This document shows positions 12,120 through 25,849 of a stretch of DNA of 64,000 bases, piece after piece. Each line of letters begins with the position of its first letter. The first letter of the stretch is position 1. A program made the position numbers and the translations under genes. Source of the stretch: Mobula hypostoma (lineage: Eukaryota); assembly GCF_963921235.1 (NCBI RefSeq), contig NC_086097.1, forward strand, positions 170,688,001 through 170,752,000, given 5' to 3'. The notes below the pieces were generated by a model. It was given only the letters and a program-made list of their open reading frames with translations, did not search any database and was not told the DNA's origin.

Positions 12120-12740
12120 ACACCCATCCTTCTTAGGCATCTGAGAAAATTCTACAAGTCCACAACTATTCTTATGAACTTCAACAGACGCACTGTAGAA
12201 ACTGTCCTGGTGGGTTGCATCTCAGCTTGGTATGGCATCTGCTCAGCTCTGGACCGACAGAATTTGCAGGGAATGAGCAACACTGCCCAGTCCATCACAG
12301 ACTCAATACTTTCTTCCATCCAGTTCATCTTGACAATGTGCTGCTTCAGGACATCCAACAGTAACATCAAGGGTTCCTGCCACCCTGGCCATTCCTTTTT
12401 CTTTTCTGCCTTCTGGAAGAAGAAACGTAAGCTTGAAACAGCAAACAATTAGATTCAAGAACAGCTTCTTCCCCACTGCTGTCAACTCCTGAACCAGTCA
12501 CCTCTTTCGCATCCTCTACCTGGTGTTGCTGCTACATTCTCAGAATACTATCTCTACCTTTTCCATGAGGGTAGAATTTATTTTTGCACCACTACCATTT
12601 GCACTACTGTACTTTGCACCATTCCATTGTTTATGCACTCTTCATCATATTTATTATTGTGTTTCTTATTACCATGTATATTGTTTACTCTGGGAACTTC
12701 ATGTGAACACTGTAGTGTTAATGACAATAATGTAAACTAA
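12120..12740 (+). mobile_element. Rex1/Babar-type LINE 3' fragment
   Basis: LRHLRKF...ETVLVGCISAWYG...HPGHSFF and RFKNSFFPTA motifs. Confidence 0.85.
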
Positions 12741-13902
12741 TTAGCCAACTAAAATCATAAAGCCGTAGAGTTGTAGAGTGTAGAAAGAGACTCACCTGTT
12801 ATCCGGCACTTTATCTACAGCCAGAAAAGATTTAAGAATCTCGTTCAGAATCCTCCTTTGCCTCCCATGACAGTCTGGAATGCATTTCATTAGTGCTGGG
12901 GACTTATCAGTGCAGCACAGGATCAGGCCCTCAAGTCCACTAAGGTTATCTACCCTTAGGCCCACTAAGACAGCTAATACCACTTCTTAAGAATAGCACC
13001 CTCCCTTCCCCCCAGTTCTCCAACTACAATATCCTTCTCAATGGTTAGAACAGAAGATGTTTTCATTTGAGACATCACTTACATCCTCTGTGTCCATGCC
13101 CAGACATTGGTCTGTAATGGGTTCCTCTATTGCTGGTTATCCTTTTGCCCTTAATATATTTATTAACTCTTTGGGATCCTCATTTTTATATATATATATA
13201 AATAGCTACTGATAATATCTACATTCCTGTTGAGACTTGAACATTTAACACTATTTTTCTTTATCTAACCCCAAATATCACGACATTAAAGGTTCCTAGG
13301 TGGCCTTTCTGTTATCCATTACAAGATCATGGGGACTATGAACTCTCTCTACTTTTGATTAATTCCTTCTTGTCAGATGCAGACTAACAAGCTAGCAGTT
13401 TCTGTCAGTTTAATCTTGGTGGACAGTATGGTACTGAAATTGGCTGTCCCACAATTCTGGTTGATCGTTGATGTTTTCTGTAACTACCTCAACTTCCAGG
13501 GTCACGGTCACTCTCTCCAAAATGCTCACCCACTGACACTTCAGTCACTTTGCTAACTACATTCCCTAAGATTTGGTCCAGTACTGTCCCTTCTCCACGT
13601 GCTGGCTCATATACAGAGTCACTCCTGTACTGGTGAGCTCTGCATGTTAAGCGCTGTCTGGATTAAACAGGTCCTGCTGTATTCCCCATTGGATTTATTA
13701 CCATTTGCTTTATATTAAGGTCTCTGTCATCATACGAATGAGTCAGCCTAGAGGAGTGATTCACCGTTGATAGTTTGATCATTAAGTGTCAGCACAAGTG
13801 ATGTCTTTGGTCACGTTTGTCTAAGTTAAACTTGCTAAGACTGTGGAGAATAGTAGGTCTCTATACCCGGGTGGTAAACTGGCTGAGTGACTTCCCCTGC
13901 AT

Positions 13903-14135
13903 AGTGGTGCACCTGGTAGGGGCACAACCTCACAGTGCCAGTGACCAGCTTCAATCTTCACTTCAACTGCCGTCTGCATGAAGTTTCCCCTTTCTTCCTG
14001 TGACCATGTTGGCTTCTTCCGGGTGCTCCAGGCTCCACCCATATCCCAAAGACATGTTGCTTGTTTTCTCCTGCATCGTAAAGACATGTAGGTTAATTGG
14101 CCACCATAAATTGTTCCTAGTGTGTAGGTGAGTGA
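13903..14135 (+). mobile_element. V-domain SINE (HE1-like)
   Basis: tRNA-like head plus V core TCCGGGTGCTCC...CCCAAAGAC..GGTTAATTGGCC..AAATTG..CCTAGTGTG. Confidence 0.75.
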
Positions 14136-14944
14136 TATTAGCTTGGATTGGCATCATGGCTGGCACTGACATTGTGGGCTGAAGAAACTGTTCCTGTGCT
14201 GTACTGTTCTATGTTCTAACAGCCGTCCTTCCTTAAACAAGGAGAACAAAACTGTACATGGTCAGTGAAACCTTACAAAGGTGCTCTATAACTAAACCAT
14301 AAATTTCTCCTTTGTGTTCCTTTCCCCTAACAATACATAATAACATAAGCTTTTGTAATTATTTTCTGTAACTGTATACCTGCCTTTCTGTGATTCGTCC
14401 ATCCTGAGTACATCTGTTGAGTCTTCCTGGATCCCAAATGGGATTTGAATCCAGAACCAACAGACTCAGGTGGTTTCCTGAGCTACTACCAGCTTTCTAC
14501 AGGTGGCAGAAAACCAAAGCAGAAACATTTAATAAATGAAATCCTTCTTGTATGAGCTTTGCAAGTGGCATTGTGAACTGTGAGAGAACATGCAACTTGT
14601 GTCCGCGTACGTGTTCCTGTAGGTGTCAGACCAATGAATTCATGGCCTTGGCATTAACTCCCTCATCAACACCCCTAGAGGGTGGTTTTCCATGTCCTAC
14701 TCCTCATAAACCTGACATTATTCTCTATTTCCCATGTTAAACTCATGTCAGGTGTCATTCACCTATCACCCCTGTGCTCTCCCAACAACGCTTCAGCAAC
14801 AATCATAGACTTCTCAAGCTTTTAGTTTCTTCTGTAGTCTGGCCTTCCTTCCAACCCTACAAACAATTTTGTCTGTCTCTGCCTCCTAAACAATTCACCT
14901 TTGCCTTCAGTCCTGTAATTCCCAATCCAGGGAATGTAAGAGCA

Positions 14945-15730
14945 CAGAGCAGGAGCAGGCTATCCAACCTTTCAAGCCTGCTCCACTATTCAATACAATC
15001 ATAGAGTCATAGAGTTGTACAGGATAGATGCAGGCCTATCGGCCCACTGTATCTGTGCTGACCATCGTAACCACTTAGACTAATCCCACTTGCCTGCATG
15101 GTTCTATTTTGCCACACTCTGTAAGGAGTTTGTATGTTTTCACTGTAACCATGTGGTTATTTTCTGGGTGCTCCAGTTTCCTCTCAACATTCCAGAAGTG
15201 TACACGTTTGTAGGCTAATTGGTCACATGGTTGTAACTGTGTGGCGCAGGCTCGCTGAGCCAGAAAGGCCTGTTACTATGGTGTTTCTAAAATAAATAAA
15301 TATTCCCTTTTTTTAAAGTACCTGTCTGGATACCTATTAAATGTTATTGCTGTTCCTGCCTCTACCATCTCCACTGGCAGCTCTTTCCAGATACCAACTA
15401 GACTGTGTGAAAATGTATCCCTTGGATCTTCATTAAATCTCCTCTTCCTCATCTTAAACAGACATTATTTACCCTATTTATGCTTTTCATAATTTGAAAT
15501 ACCTCTATCATGCGATCCCTCAGCCACCTTTGCTCCAGGGAAGGCAGACCTAACTTAGCAGAGCTCTCCTGATAATACCAGCCCTACAATCTAGGTAACA
15601 TCCTTATGAATCTTTTCGCACTCTCTTTGGCTGATCCACACCCTTCCCATAGTAGGATGACCAGAACAATAGGCAATGCTCCAAGTGCAACCCAACCAAT
15701 GTTTTGGACAACCGCAACATGACTCTTGTA
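14945..15730 (-). mobile_element. CR1 3' fragment(s) with an inserted V-SINE (+ strand, ~15100-15300)
   Basis: Reverse-strand CR1 tail (CATAGAGTCATAGAG) and ORF2 remnants; V core GGAGTTTGTATGTT..GGGTGCTCCAGTTTCCTC. Confidence 0.7.
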
Positions 15731-17574
15731 CTCACAGATGATCACTGATCTGATTACTGTGTCCTTGGACTCTCCCCATTCCTCCTAATGCCTTTTGTGT
15801 TGAGAAATCCATTTTCCTCCTTCAAAGTCAAAGAATCCACATTCTCCACAAGTCTACCAATCTCAGTTTCACCTGCTGCGATCAAAATCATTTTCAACAA
15901 TGAGGATGCCCATCTATGGTAATTGGAGAGAGGTTTCCTGACTACTTCTCAGAGGTAAGGACATCCTCAGCTGTCAGTGACCAATGAGCTACTCTTGAGA
16001 ATTCTATCTGTCCAGAGGCAGAGTGAACATGATCTTTGGGGTGCAACAACTCCAAGGCAATGGCAGGGAACAGCACCAATTAAAATACAGTATATGGTCT
16101 TTGATTACATCATTTGGGAAGAAATGTGGAAAGCACCCACCCTCTCCCCCCAAACTGGTCTACCCACTGAAAGTTTTCTCCTTCTTGCACCTAGAGCCAT
16201 AAAGCAATACAGCATGAAAAAGGTTCTACAAAATAAATGGTCCATGCTGACCAAGATGCCCATCTCAACTAGTCACGTTTACCCATGCTTGATCCCTATC
16301 CCTCTAAACCTTTCCTCTCCACATACCTCTCCTTGCTTGGTATTGGAATTGGTTTATTATTGTCACATATACAAAGATATACTGAAAAACATGCCTTGCA
16401 TATGGCTCATACAGATCAACTCACTGCACAGTGCATTGAGGAAGAACAAAGTGAATCAATGAAAGTGCAGAATATAGTGTAAAAAACTACAGAGAAAGTG
16501 CAGTGCGGACAGACAATAAGGTGCAAGATCATAATGAGTTATATTAGAAAGTCAAATGTCTGCCTTATCATACAAAACATCCAATCAGTGATAATAGCAG
16601 GATAGAAGCTGTCCTTGAGCCTAGTGCATGTGTTTTCAGGCTTTTGTATCCTGCTCGATGGGAGAGGAGAGAAGAGAAAATGTTTAGGGTGGGTAAATAT
16701 CTGAATATTGTTTTATAAAATATTGCCAAAGAACCTGTCTCCACCAGTTCCTGTTCAGAATGTTCTGAGAGATTCTCATTAAATGCAGATCTTGTTCCAT
16801 ATTGGAATGATTGGTAGATAAATTCAATGGCCTTCCTTCCATTTCTACATGGGCAGAGGCTCACCACACTCTGGGTGATGATATTTCTCAGATTCGTTCC
16901 AAATGTCTTATTCCATAGCATGGAACTCAGTCTCCTCTCGTCACTCTCCTTGTTGTTTACTTCCCGTCTGATGCTCCTTGAAACATAAACCTAATATCAA
17001 ACTGCTTGCCAGCTTCTATAGATTGTCAATGCAGCTCAGTGGTAGCTTTGTTTGCCAGCACCCCTTAAAACACCTTGGGTCATTTTCATGTAATAAAAGG
17101 TGCCTTTTGAATGGAAGTTGTTCATAATCCTTCCATAAATGGCTGAACACATCGGTTTCTCCACTGAATTCTGCGGTAGCCTATAATTTGAAAGTCATTA
17201 TGATCAATGGAAATGCTAGTAAACTGACCGATATTCTAATAGTCACAGTGGTTTCCAGAAATCATTGAAATGGTTCGTTGAGTTAATCGAGAGCCTGAAG
17301 ACCCACAGTCAATGATTCGGAAACTGGTTCCTCCCCACGCCATCAGATTTTTGAATGATCCATGGACACGTGCATACCATTTTATTGTTCCTTTTTGTAT
17401 ACACTATTTATTTTTGTAATTCATAGTACTTTTCTATCCCTTTGCAGACAACAATTTCCATGCCAGATAAGTTAGTGATAATAAACCTGATTCTGATTCC
17501 TGGAGGCTGGATACAGAGAGAATGGTTTGCATTTACTATATGTAACATCTGTTGGAATCTGGAGTAAAAATGAA

Positions 17575-17680
17575 TTCACCTCCTGATGCAGGATTTTGAC
17601 CTTGAAATGTCGACAACTCCTTTCATCCTGCAGATGCCATTTGACTGACTGAGCTCCTCAGCAGATAGTTTGTTATCCCA
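17575..17680 (+). mobile_element. Degenerate Penelope-like terminal repeat
   Basis: CTGATGCAGGATTTTGACCTTGAAATGTCGAC...CAGATGCC..GACTGAGCTCCTC. Confidence 0.6.
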
Positions 17681-17924
17681 AAACTCCTTACAGCCAATGG
17701 GAGGAGCAGTCACTATTATAAAATAACAGCAATTATGCACACGGACGATGTACAAAGGGAAAGTAATATGTCCAAGGGGTTGGTTAGGGGATTTCTACTT
17801 GTCAAAAGAAATCTTGCTGGTTGGAATATTTTCCATCCAGACAGAAGGCTCTTGTTATTATCATTTATAAGAGAGAACATCTCTACAGTATCAACCTAAA
17901 TTTAGCACTTAGTGTCAAATGAGT

Positions 17925-18990
17925 GTCCCATGATACCTGTGCTGACCACGATGCCAAACTAGACTAAACCTCATTGCTTACATTTGATCAATTTCCCACC
18001 ATTCTTTGTACAGTATGTTCAATTTGGACCTCTTGTACGATAAATGGACTCAGCCTCAAAATCTACCTTGTTAAGACCTTGCACATTATTGTTTACTTGC
18101 ACTGCACTTTCTCTGTAGCTGTCATAATTTATTCTACATTCTGAATATTGCCTTACCTTGTTCTACCTCACTGCACTGCGTAATGATTTGTTCTGTGTGA
18201 ATGGTATGGAAACAAGTGTTTCACTGTATCTCAGTACATGTGACAATAATAAAACAATTCCAATTCCAACTACTATGTCTGCTTCCACCTCCCTTGCAGG
18301 TCATTCCAGATGCCTACAACTCTCTGTGTAAAAACTTATTCCCACACAACCCCTTTAGCGATCCCGCCTCTTGCCTGAAACCTATGCCCTCTAGTACTGA
18401 CATTTCCACCCTGGCAAAAAGACACTGTCATTCTAATTGATCAATTTTTCTCATAATTTTCTAAATCTCTTTTGAGTTGCCTCACACCCTCCGACACTTC
18501 AATGGAAGCATGCTAATTTTATCCAGCCTCTCATTATAGCTCATAGTCTCCAATCCAGGTGAACCTCTGGTGAACCTCTGCTGCACCCTTTCCAAAGTCT
18601 TCAAATGCTTATTGTAATGAGGGCAATCAGAACTGCAGACAACCCTCTTAACGTAGCCTCACCAAAGTTTTATACATTTGTAACATGACAGACATCTTGA
18701 CTCTCATATACTCAATGGCCTAATCGATACAGGCACACATGCCATATATATTCTTTTTCATTTTGTCTACTTGTAGTGCCACTTTCAGAGGACTATAGAC
18801 TGGGATCCCAAGATCCCTCTGTAAGGGATCTGCCATTATGATGCTTATCTGATGCTATGTTGCTGTGATGCTGCTACAAGAACATTTTTCATTGCACCTG
18901 TGCATCCATGTACTTATGCATTTGACAACGAACTTTGACTGGCTTTGATTTATGGTGTACTTTCCTCTTACATTTGACCTCTCAAATGCC
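17925..18990 (-). mobile_element. CR1 fragment interrupted by Rex1-type 3' UTR pieces
   Basis: Reverse-strand CR1 ORF2 remnants (QRRFTR, LQF.PHY, RDLG..V); inserted 3' UTR at ~18025-18270. Confidence 0.65.
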
Positions 18991-19399
18991 AGCCTTCGAT
19001 GGAGGAGGCAGAAATGACATGGATTTGCCAATCAACACAAGAAAAAAAACTCAACTTTGACTATTTGAATGGAGATTTGAAGGTGACCTATTTTAGGCAG
19101 TTTCGAAAGGGTGCAGAGCTTGGCTAAGAATGGGCTTCAGAGCTATTTTCAAATAGACGCTAATGATTTCTGTATCTTGAGCTTTGCTGAAAGATTCACA
19201 GGTTGATCAATTGTCTAGGAATTCTGAATGCTGATGATACATTCTCCCACAGCAACATGATCTTATTACAGACTACCATTAACACCCTGAGGTGCACTAA
19301 GACTAAGATTTATTGCGACAGGAACCCATCTTCTGTCACTAAGCTAGAATCTGGTGCATGCCACCCAAGTGAAGAGAAGCTGATGCTCGGTGGTAAATA

Positions 19400-19835
19400 T
19401 GGATCAGGATCAGGATCAGAATCAGTTTCATTATCACTGACTCAGACGAAGTGAAATTTTCTGTTTTGTGGCAGCAATACGGTGCAAAGGCACGCAGTAA
19501 AATTACTATAAATTACAAAATAAATAGTGCAATCAATTACAAATAATAAGGTTCATGGCCTATTCAGAAATGTGATGATATAGGGGAAAAAACTGTTCCT
19601 ATTACATTGTGCATGGGTCTTCAGCCTCCTGTACCCCCTCACCAATGGTAGTAACAACAAGAGGGAATGATTTGGGTGATGAAGATCCTTAATGATGGGT
19701 GCTACCTTTTTGAGTTACTTCCTGCTGAAGATGTCCTTGATAATGGGGAGGGTTACACCCATGCTGGATTTGGCTGCACCTACAACTCTCTGCAGCCTCT
19801 GGTTATCCTATGCATTGAAGCCTTAATACCACCAA
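19400..19835 (-). mobile_element. Rex1/Babar-type LINE 3' fragment
   Basis: (ATCAGG/ATCAGA)n tail and reverse-strand LP.GRGYRRL motif. Confidence 0.7.
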
Positions 19836-21054
19836 GCAACATTAAATTCAACATTAAATTTTTGAATGTTAAGTGGTATGAGGTAAATGGAAATTCATAA
19901 CTTGCATGTTGGCAGTCTGGTGGAATGGTGGAATGGAGGAAGTGGTTGGATCAAGCACAGTTATTGTGAAGTTAGTAGGGTCTAAATTGATACATTCTTG
20001 AAATTGTTTTGAAGTCTTTTTATTACACACAATGCTTTGTATCCTTGATTCTACCAGCCAAAGGAATCACACTGAAATACACTGTGACCATTTCTGTAAA
20101 GATTGGTCAATTTGAGATTCTTTGCCACAACTGAAATGGAATGAAATCTCCTAGAAAGCTTTGTATTTTAAGCACTTGGCAAGATTACATGTAAACAATT
20201 TGATGCTTTGTGTCAGAGGTTCAATCACTGATGGTTTCCTCTTGTAGCTGGAAGAGGCAGCACTGTACCATGTGTAGTAGCATTGTGAGTAAATTTGAAG
20301 AGGCTTTCTAATGCATGATGATACAAAATGTGCTTTGGATTTCTCTGAAAGTAATGACCAAAAGAAATCACTCTAAATTCACTGCTGGGAATATGACATG
20401 CTAGACACAGTGAAACTATTGCCAGATTCTTTACTGCTCATTCTTCATTAAGTTTTTCACTGTTAATTGAGCAATAATTTTATTGTAACAGCATACATTT
20501 ACATTTAGATGGAGTCTTTAAGGAAACGAAATGCCACAGAGGACTTGACTGAAGTGATACCAGACAAAAAATTGACACCAAGCTACATTAGGAGATGGTC
20601 AAAACCATATCAATGAGGTAGACCATAAAAAGAGGATCAGGAAAAGAAATTGTTTTATAGGCCAAGGCTCTCAAGCAAAAGAATTGGAAAGCAGACTTAA
20701 GGACAGATTCTGTCCTGCTCTAGAATATGTTCTTCATCCACAAAATTTAAGTTCCTGATCCCCAATCTACCTTATCATTGCTCATGCATTCTGTTTGTTT
20801 ACCCGCACTTCACTTTCTCTGTGGTTGGTACACTTTATTCTGTTTTCTGTTTTCCTTTTCCTCATGATTTGCCCGGATGGTATACAAAAAACTTTTCAAT
20901 GCATCGTGATACACATAACAGCCATAATAATAATAAACCAATTCTAATCTTATTCCAAAAACTATGAACCATTCCAAAAAGTGTAAACCAAAGAAACCTA
21001 CAGCTAACAGAAATTAGAAATAAAAGAATACTGAAAATGTTGGATATGATTACA

Positions 21055-21640
21055 TTCAAATTCAAGTTCAAGTTTATTGTCATTCAACAGTATACATGCA
21101 GTATGTATTGCCAAAGGATACAACATGACCCCAGACAACACAGTACATGTAACTTACACACAACACATAAAGAAATATTATCACAAATAAATTAACAAAT
21201 AATAAGATGCATTTATGACACAAGTTAAAAAGTAAATACTATAACACTACTGGATGTGATGAGACCCAGCTGGAGGCAGGGAGTTCAGTAGTCTTGAAAC
21301 TGACAAAGTTGTTTCCCAACTTAAAAGTGCTTATCCTGATGCTATGGTACCTCCTGCTTCATGGTCAGAGGTCAAAGAGATTGTTGGATGGATGGGAGAG
21401 GTCACTGACATTGTTAAGGACCTGTATATGCAGTGCTCCTGATAGATATCTTGGAAGCGTGGAAGAGTGACCAGGGTGATCCTCTTAGTAGTTCTCGCAA
21501 TTCTTTGTAGGGTCCTTGTGGTCAGATGCAATTTGCATTCCAGACGGTGATGCAGTTGGTCAGGACACTCTCAAAGGTGCTTCTGTAAGAATTGGTTGAA
21601 ATGGAGGTAGGACGAGCCACAGTTGACTCAATCTCCTCAG
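21055..21640 (-). mobile_element. Rex1/Babar-type LINE 3' fragment
   Basis: (TTCAAG)n tail; ORF 21331-21531 RTLQRIARTTKRI..LP..QDIY motif. Confidence 0.75.
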
Positions 21641-22269
21641 GGAATCAGTGTGCCCCATCAGCATCTGTGAAGGAGGAATCAGAGTTCAAAATTCAGGTCA
21701 GTGGTCTTTGATCAGAATGAGGAAAGTAAGAAACCAAAGACATTATATGTTGCAGAGAGGGGCAGTAGTAGAGATCTGTCTGTGATCATCTGGAGAGCAA
21801 GATTGTTCAAGTGACACAATGCTGCCAGTGCTGTCTCATTGTTCAGAGGTAATCTGCTCCCAGGAGGTAAACAGAAGAAAAATGAGGGCAGTGCAAGAGA
21901 AAAATTTTAAAAACATGAAGATGGTGGATGAGCAAGATGCCAGAACAGGAGGATGCAGAGATCTTGGGGGATTATTGGCTGGAGGAGATTGCAGAGATAA
22001 AGAATGGTAACTTGAGGTAGGCAGGCAACTATAATTAGTAATTGCCTTGGTTGTAGTGGAAGTGTTCTAAGAGGTTTCCATGGGATATAATTAGACTACA
22101 TGCAAGTTAAAGTTTCAGAAAACACATCAGTTGACCAAGAGCTTGATGAAAGGAAGGTTTTAGAAGCATCTTTGTGAGGGCAGTGAGACAGGATATATAA
22201 TTTACTGCATGGACAGGAATGTAGGAAACCGGTATATGAAATTTGCCATAATTTCTACCACTCCCAAAA

Positions 22270-22590
22270 TAGAATCCTTCTACTACCCATTGTGTTTTCC
22301 CCTATTCTTTCTTCACCTTTCCTGCCTATCACCTCCCTGCCTCCCTTTCCCCACCCCTTTATCTTTCCCCTTACTGGTTTTTCACCTGGAATCTACCAGC
22401 CTCCTTCCCACCCTCCCCCCACCTTCTTTATAGGGTTCCTGCCCCTTCCCTCTACAGTCCTGACGAAGGGTTCCGGCCCGAAACATCAACCGATCTTTTC
22501 CACGGATGCTGCCCGACCTGCTGAGTTCCTCCAGCATGTTGTGAGTGTTGCTTTGACCCCAGCATCTGCAGAGTATTTTATGTTTACGAC
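22270..22590 (+). mobile_element. Penelope-like element 3' end (pyrimidine-rich region plus terminal repeat)
   Basis: Same architecture as the GIY-YIG-linked copy at 59439-60108; contains CTGACGAAGGG..CCCGAAAC and GATGCTGCCCGACCTGCTGAGTTCCTCCAGC. Confidence 0.8.
22455..22492 (+). ncRNA. Minimal type I hammerhead ribozyme motif (stem I/III partly mutated)
   Basis: CAGTC-CTGACGA-A-GGG-TTCCGG-CCC-GAAA-C-ATC: both catalytic boxes and stem II intact. Confidence 0.6.
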
Positions 22591-23059
22591 CCCTGTTTCT
22601 TTCCTTGCAAGCTATTGCACCATTTACATCCTCTCATACTTTTGCATCTCCTTGAACATTCTAGCAGTTCTACAAACCCTGCCATTCATTTGTATACTGA
22701 TAAAAAAGGTATGTGACTAAACTAACCTAACTATTTGTACACTCCTCAGCCTTTGAGATGGCTGACCATGTCATTCCCCTCCACCACTCTAACACCCTCA
22801 CTCATATGGTTGAGAAAGGACTGGTCAGTTTCCATTGCTCTCCATTCAGTTGTGGCCGATCCTGTAATAACTTATCCTCCCCACAATGTACTTGATCCTT
22901 TTATTTCCCTCCTGTCCCTCAGCAATACCATCTGAAAGCATAATATCAGATTTACATGGACACTGAAAACACCAATGCTATCCCAAGTTTTCCTGTATCC
23001 CCTCCATCTCTGAATAATCAAACTTTAGGATTTCCTCATTCAATTGCACCTCTTTTTAC

Positions 23060-24320
23060 TGCGCTCTTTATTTTGTGCAATTCTGGTCAGCCCTCTACAA
23101 GAAGAATGCAGAAACTTTGGAATGAGTACTGAAGAAATTCAGCAGAATGCCTCCTGGATTAGAGGGTATGAGCTATAAGGAAAAGTTCAACAAACTTTAT
23201 AGAATTATGAGAGGCAGAGATAGACAGTCAGTTTCATTTTTAAATGTGAAGTACTAGAGAACAATTATTTAAGGTAAGAGGGGGAAAACCTATAAGATAT
23301 GTGCAGGGTAATATTTTTATACAGTGTGGTGGGTGACCGGAACAAACAGTCAGGGGAACGCTGGAAGCAGATGTAATAATGGAATTTAAGAGGCTTTTAG
23401 ATAGACGTGTGTACAGGAAATGGAAGGAAGTTTAATATGGCATTATGTTTGGCACAAACATCATGTGTCGAAGAATCTGTTCCTGTGCAGTACTGTTTTA
23501 TGTTCTCTGTTCTATGTTCCTCCTTTAAAAATAGGAGAAATGAGAGAAGAACCCTTGAGGTTTTCACCAGCTCAATGCACACTGCTGATCTTATCTTGTC
23601 TTCAACTCCCTGTTTGTTGCCCATGACCCTTGACTCTTTGACTGTCCACAAATCTACTTTGAATATATTTTTGACTCAGTTCCACTGCTCTTCAGGGTTG
23701 ATAATTCCTTTGAGAGAAGAAATTCTGCCCTGCCTCTATTTCAATTGGGTCTTCTCACTTTAGATTTCCCTACAAAGGGAAACAGCCCCTCAAGATCTTC
23801 CCTGACAAGGCCCTTCCTCATTCCAGCCTCATTTAACACTGAAGTCAGTTATAAAGCATTACAGCATAGAAACAGGCCATTCTGCCCATCTAGCCTATGC
23901 CAATCAGATCAACTGTCGCGTCCCATTGACTTGCACTCGGACCATACCCCTCCTAACTCCTCCCATCTATGTACATATAAATTTCTCTTAAATGTTAGGA
24001 CTGAAGCCACATCTACCGCTTCTGCTGCTGACTCATTCCACACTTGCACCACCCTCTGAGTAAGGAAGTTTCCCCTCAGAAGAGTGTAAGAATTTCTTTT
24101 CATAGAGGGCAGTGAATCTTCAGAATTATCTACCTTGCAGTTGTGGAGGCTACATCTCTGGGAGTATTTAACGAGGAGTAGATAATTTGACAGAGATGGA
24201 GTGCTACAGGAAACTGGCACAGAGGAGGAGGTGAGTTGTAAGGCAGATCAGCCTTGATTATACTGAATGATGGACCAGATTTGAGGGGCCAAATGGCTTC
24301 CTCCTCCATTCTGTGTTGTT
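23060..24320. mobile_element. Cluster of CR1 3' fragments in both orientations
   Basis: Plus-strand copy 23060-23520, minus-strand copy ~23850-24080 (LRGNFLTQRVVQVWNE), plus-strand tail ~24085-24320. Confidence 0.75.
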
Positions 24321-24409
24321 TGGCTGTATTCATGAGTAATCATGTATGGTTGAATGACACTTGAACTTGAATTGAACTGAAGTCTTCCAAATTCTCCCCT
24401 GAAGAGATA

Positions 24410-24665
24410 GAGCACAGAAACAGGCCTTTATATTCAGTCTACGCTGACTGTCAACAACCCTTTCACACCAATACTACATTATTCCAATTTAGTCTCTCAC
24501 CTTCTCATCAGATTCTGCTGCTCACCTGGGCACTTACACACTGGGGGCAATTGAGACCGGGCAGTTATGTGACCACGTTGCACATCTTTAGGAAATGGGA
24601 GGCACCAGGACACCCCGAGAAAAGGGACACAGTCACAGCGAGAGCGTGCAAGCTCCACACAGACA
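24410..24665 (-). mobile_element. V-domain SINE fragment
   Basis: Reverse-strand V core (CACTTACACACTGGGGGCAATT...TGGGAGGCACCAGGACACCCCGAG). Confidence 0.65.
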
Positions 24666-25686
24666 AAATTCAAAGTTGAATTTATTGTCAGTGCACAGAT
24701 ACATGCGTGGGAAGGTACGCACAGCAGTGAAAACTTACCTGCCGCGGCATCACAGGCACATAGCATCTGTTAAGCAGCATTCAGAAGAACACAAACGTAA
24801 ATTGTATGCAATACTTTTTACAAGAACGATGTTACCTGAGGTCAAGATTTGCACACAGGTGTCTAGTGCTGTGAGGCTGTGGCCCCCCCAGCTGTTCCAC
24901 CGGCGCACCCTTCGATGTTTCAATAACGTGTACAGTTTGGAACAAGGCACCAGAGAAAATAGTTGAAGGGGATACAATAATATTTAAGAGTCGTGGATAG
25001 GAAAGGGGATATGGGCCAATTGCAGGCAAATGGGACTAGCTTAAATGCAGATCCTAGTCGACATGTACAAGTTGGGCTGAAGGGCCTTTTTCCCTGCTGT
25101 TTAACTCTGTTACTTGTGAAATTTCTCTTCAACCGCTGCCCCAGTCTGAACTGTTTTGGATTCCTTTCCCGCAAAGCCCCTTGGACTATTTCCCTGAATT
25201 ATATTTGCCGAACATACTGCTCCAGGAGTCAGCTCCACCAATGCAAGGAGGAGCTGATCTAGATGAAGGTGGGAGGGAAATCGGTGTCAGTCAGCTCTGC
25301 AGGTAAACGCATCTTCCCTTTGATGTGGCAGACTTACATTTCTGTTTAGCTCCTGGCTGTGGGGAGGTAACATCAGGGGAAAGGATCAGGGTCATGTTGT
25401 AGACAATCAAGTTTGTTAAACCAGTGCACCTAGGGAGGGCAAACGGTCTTTACAACCCGGGAGACCACCCCCCACCCCCCGTCACCAATGCCTCTGGAAG
25501 AATGGGAATGAACGGGAATGAAGTTCTGGGAGCGGACAACCTGTAAATCCCGATTAGTTATGTGACTTTGACTTGCATCCCTCAGGAGTTCAATTCATCA
25601 CTTGTTCTTTGACAAGTTGTTATTTAAAAAAATAAAACTTATGGTCTTCACGGTGGTTAGCTGCATTCAAATGCAAATAACCTCCC

Positions 25687-25691
<5 letters not shown>

Positions 25692-25735
<44 letters not shown>

Positions 25736-25737
25736 TT
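25692..25737. repeat. (CT)n microsatellite
   Basis: Direct observation. Confidence 0.95.
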
Positions 25738-25849
25738 CAATCCCTTTCTTAACCATTGCTGATCTTCGAATCCATCTGTCTTCGAGCTGATGGACTTTCT
25801 CCTAATACCTCCTTCTTTTATTGGGTCAGGGTAGCAGAGTAAGGGGAAG

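Noticed and set aside
12790..12983. Minus-strand ORF ending at a consensus donor CAGGTGAGT
   Set aside because: The sequence looks like rearranged CR1 remnants; no acceptor or other support.
13903..13975. tRNA genes at SINE heads
   Set aside because: Degenerate tRNA-derived SINE heads attached to V-domain bodies; no intact cloverleaf.
15780..15990. Possible second, older GIY-YIG remnant (also a PLE-like stretch at ~22600-23050)
   Set aside because: Similarity too degenerate to support by eye; needs an HMM search.
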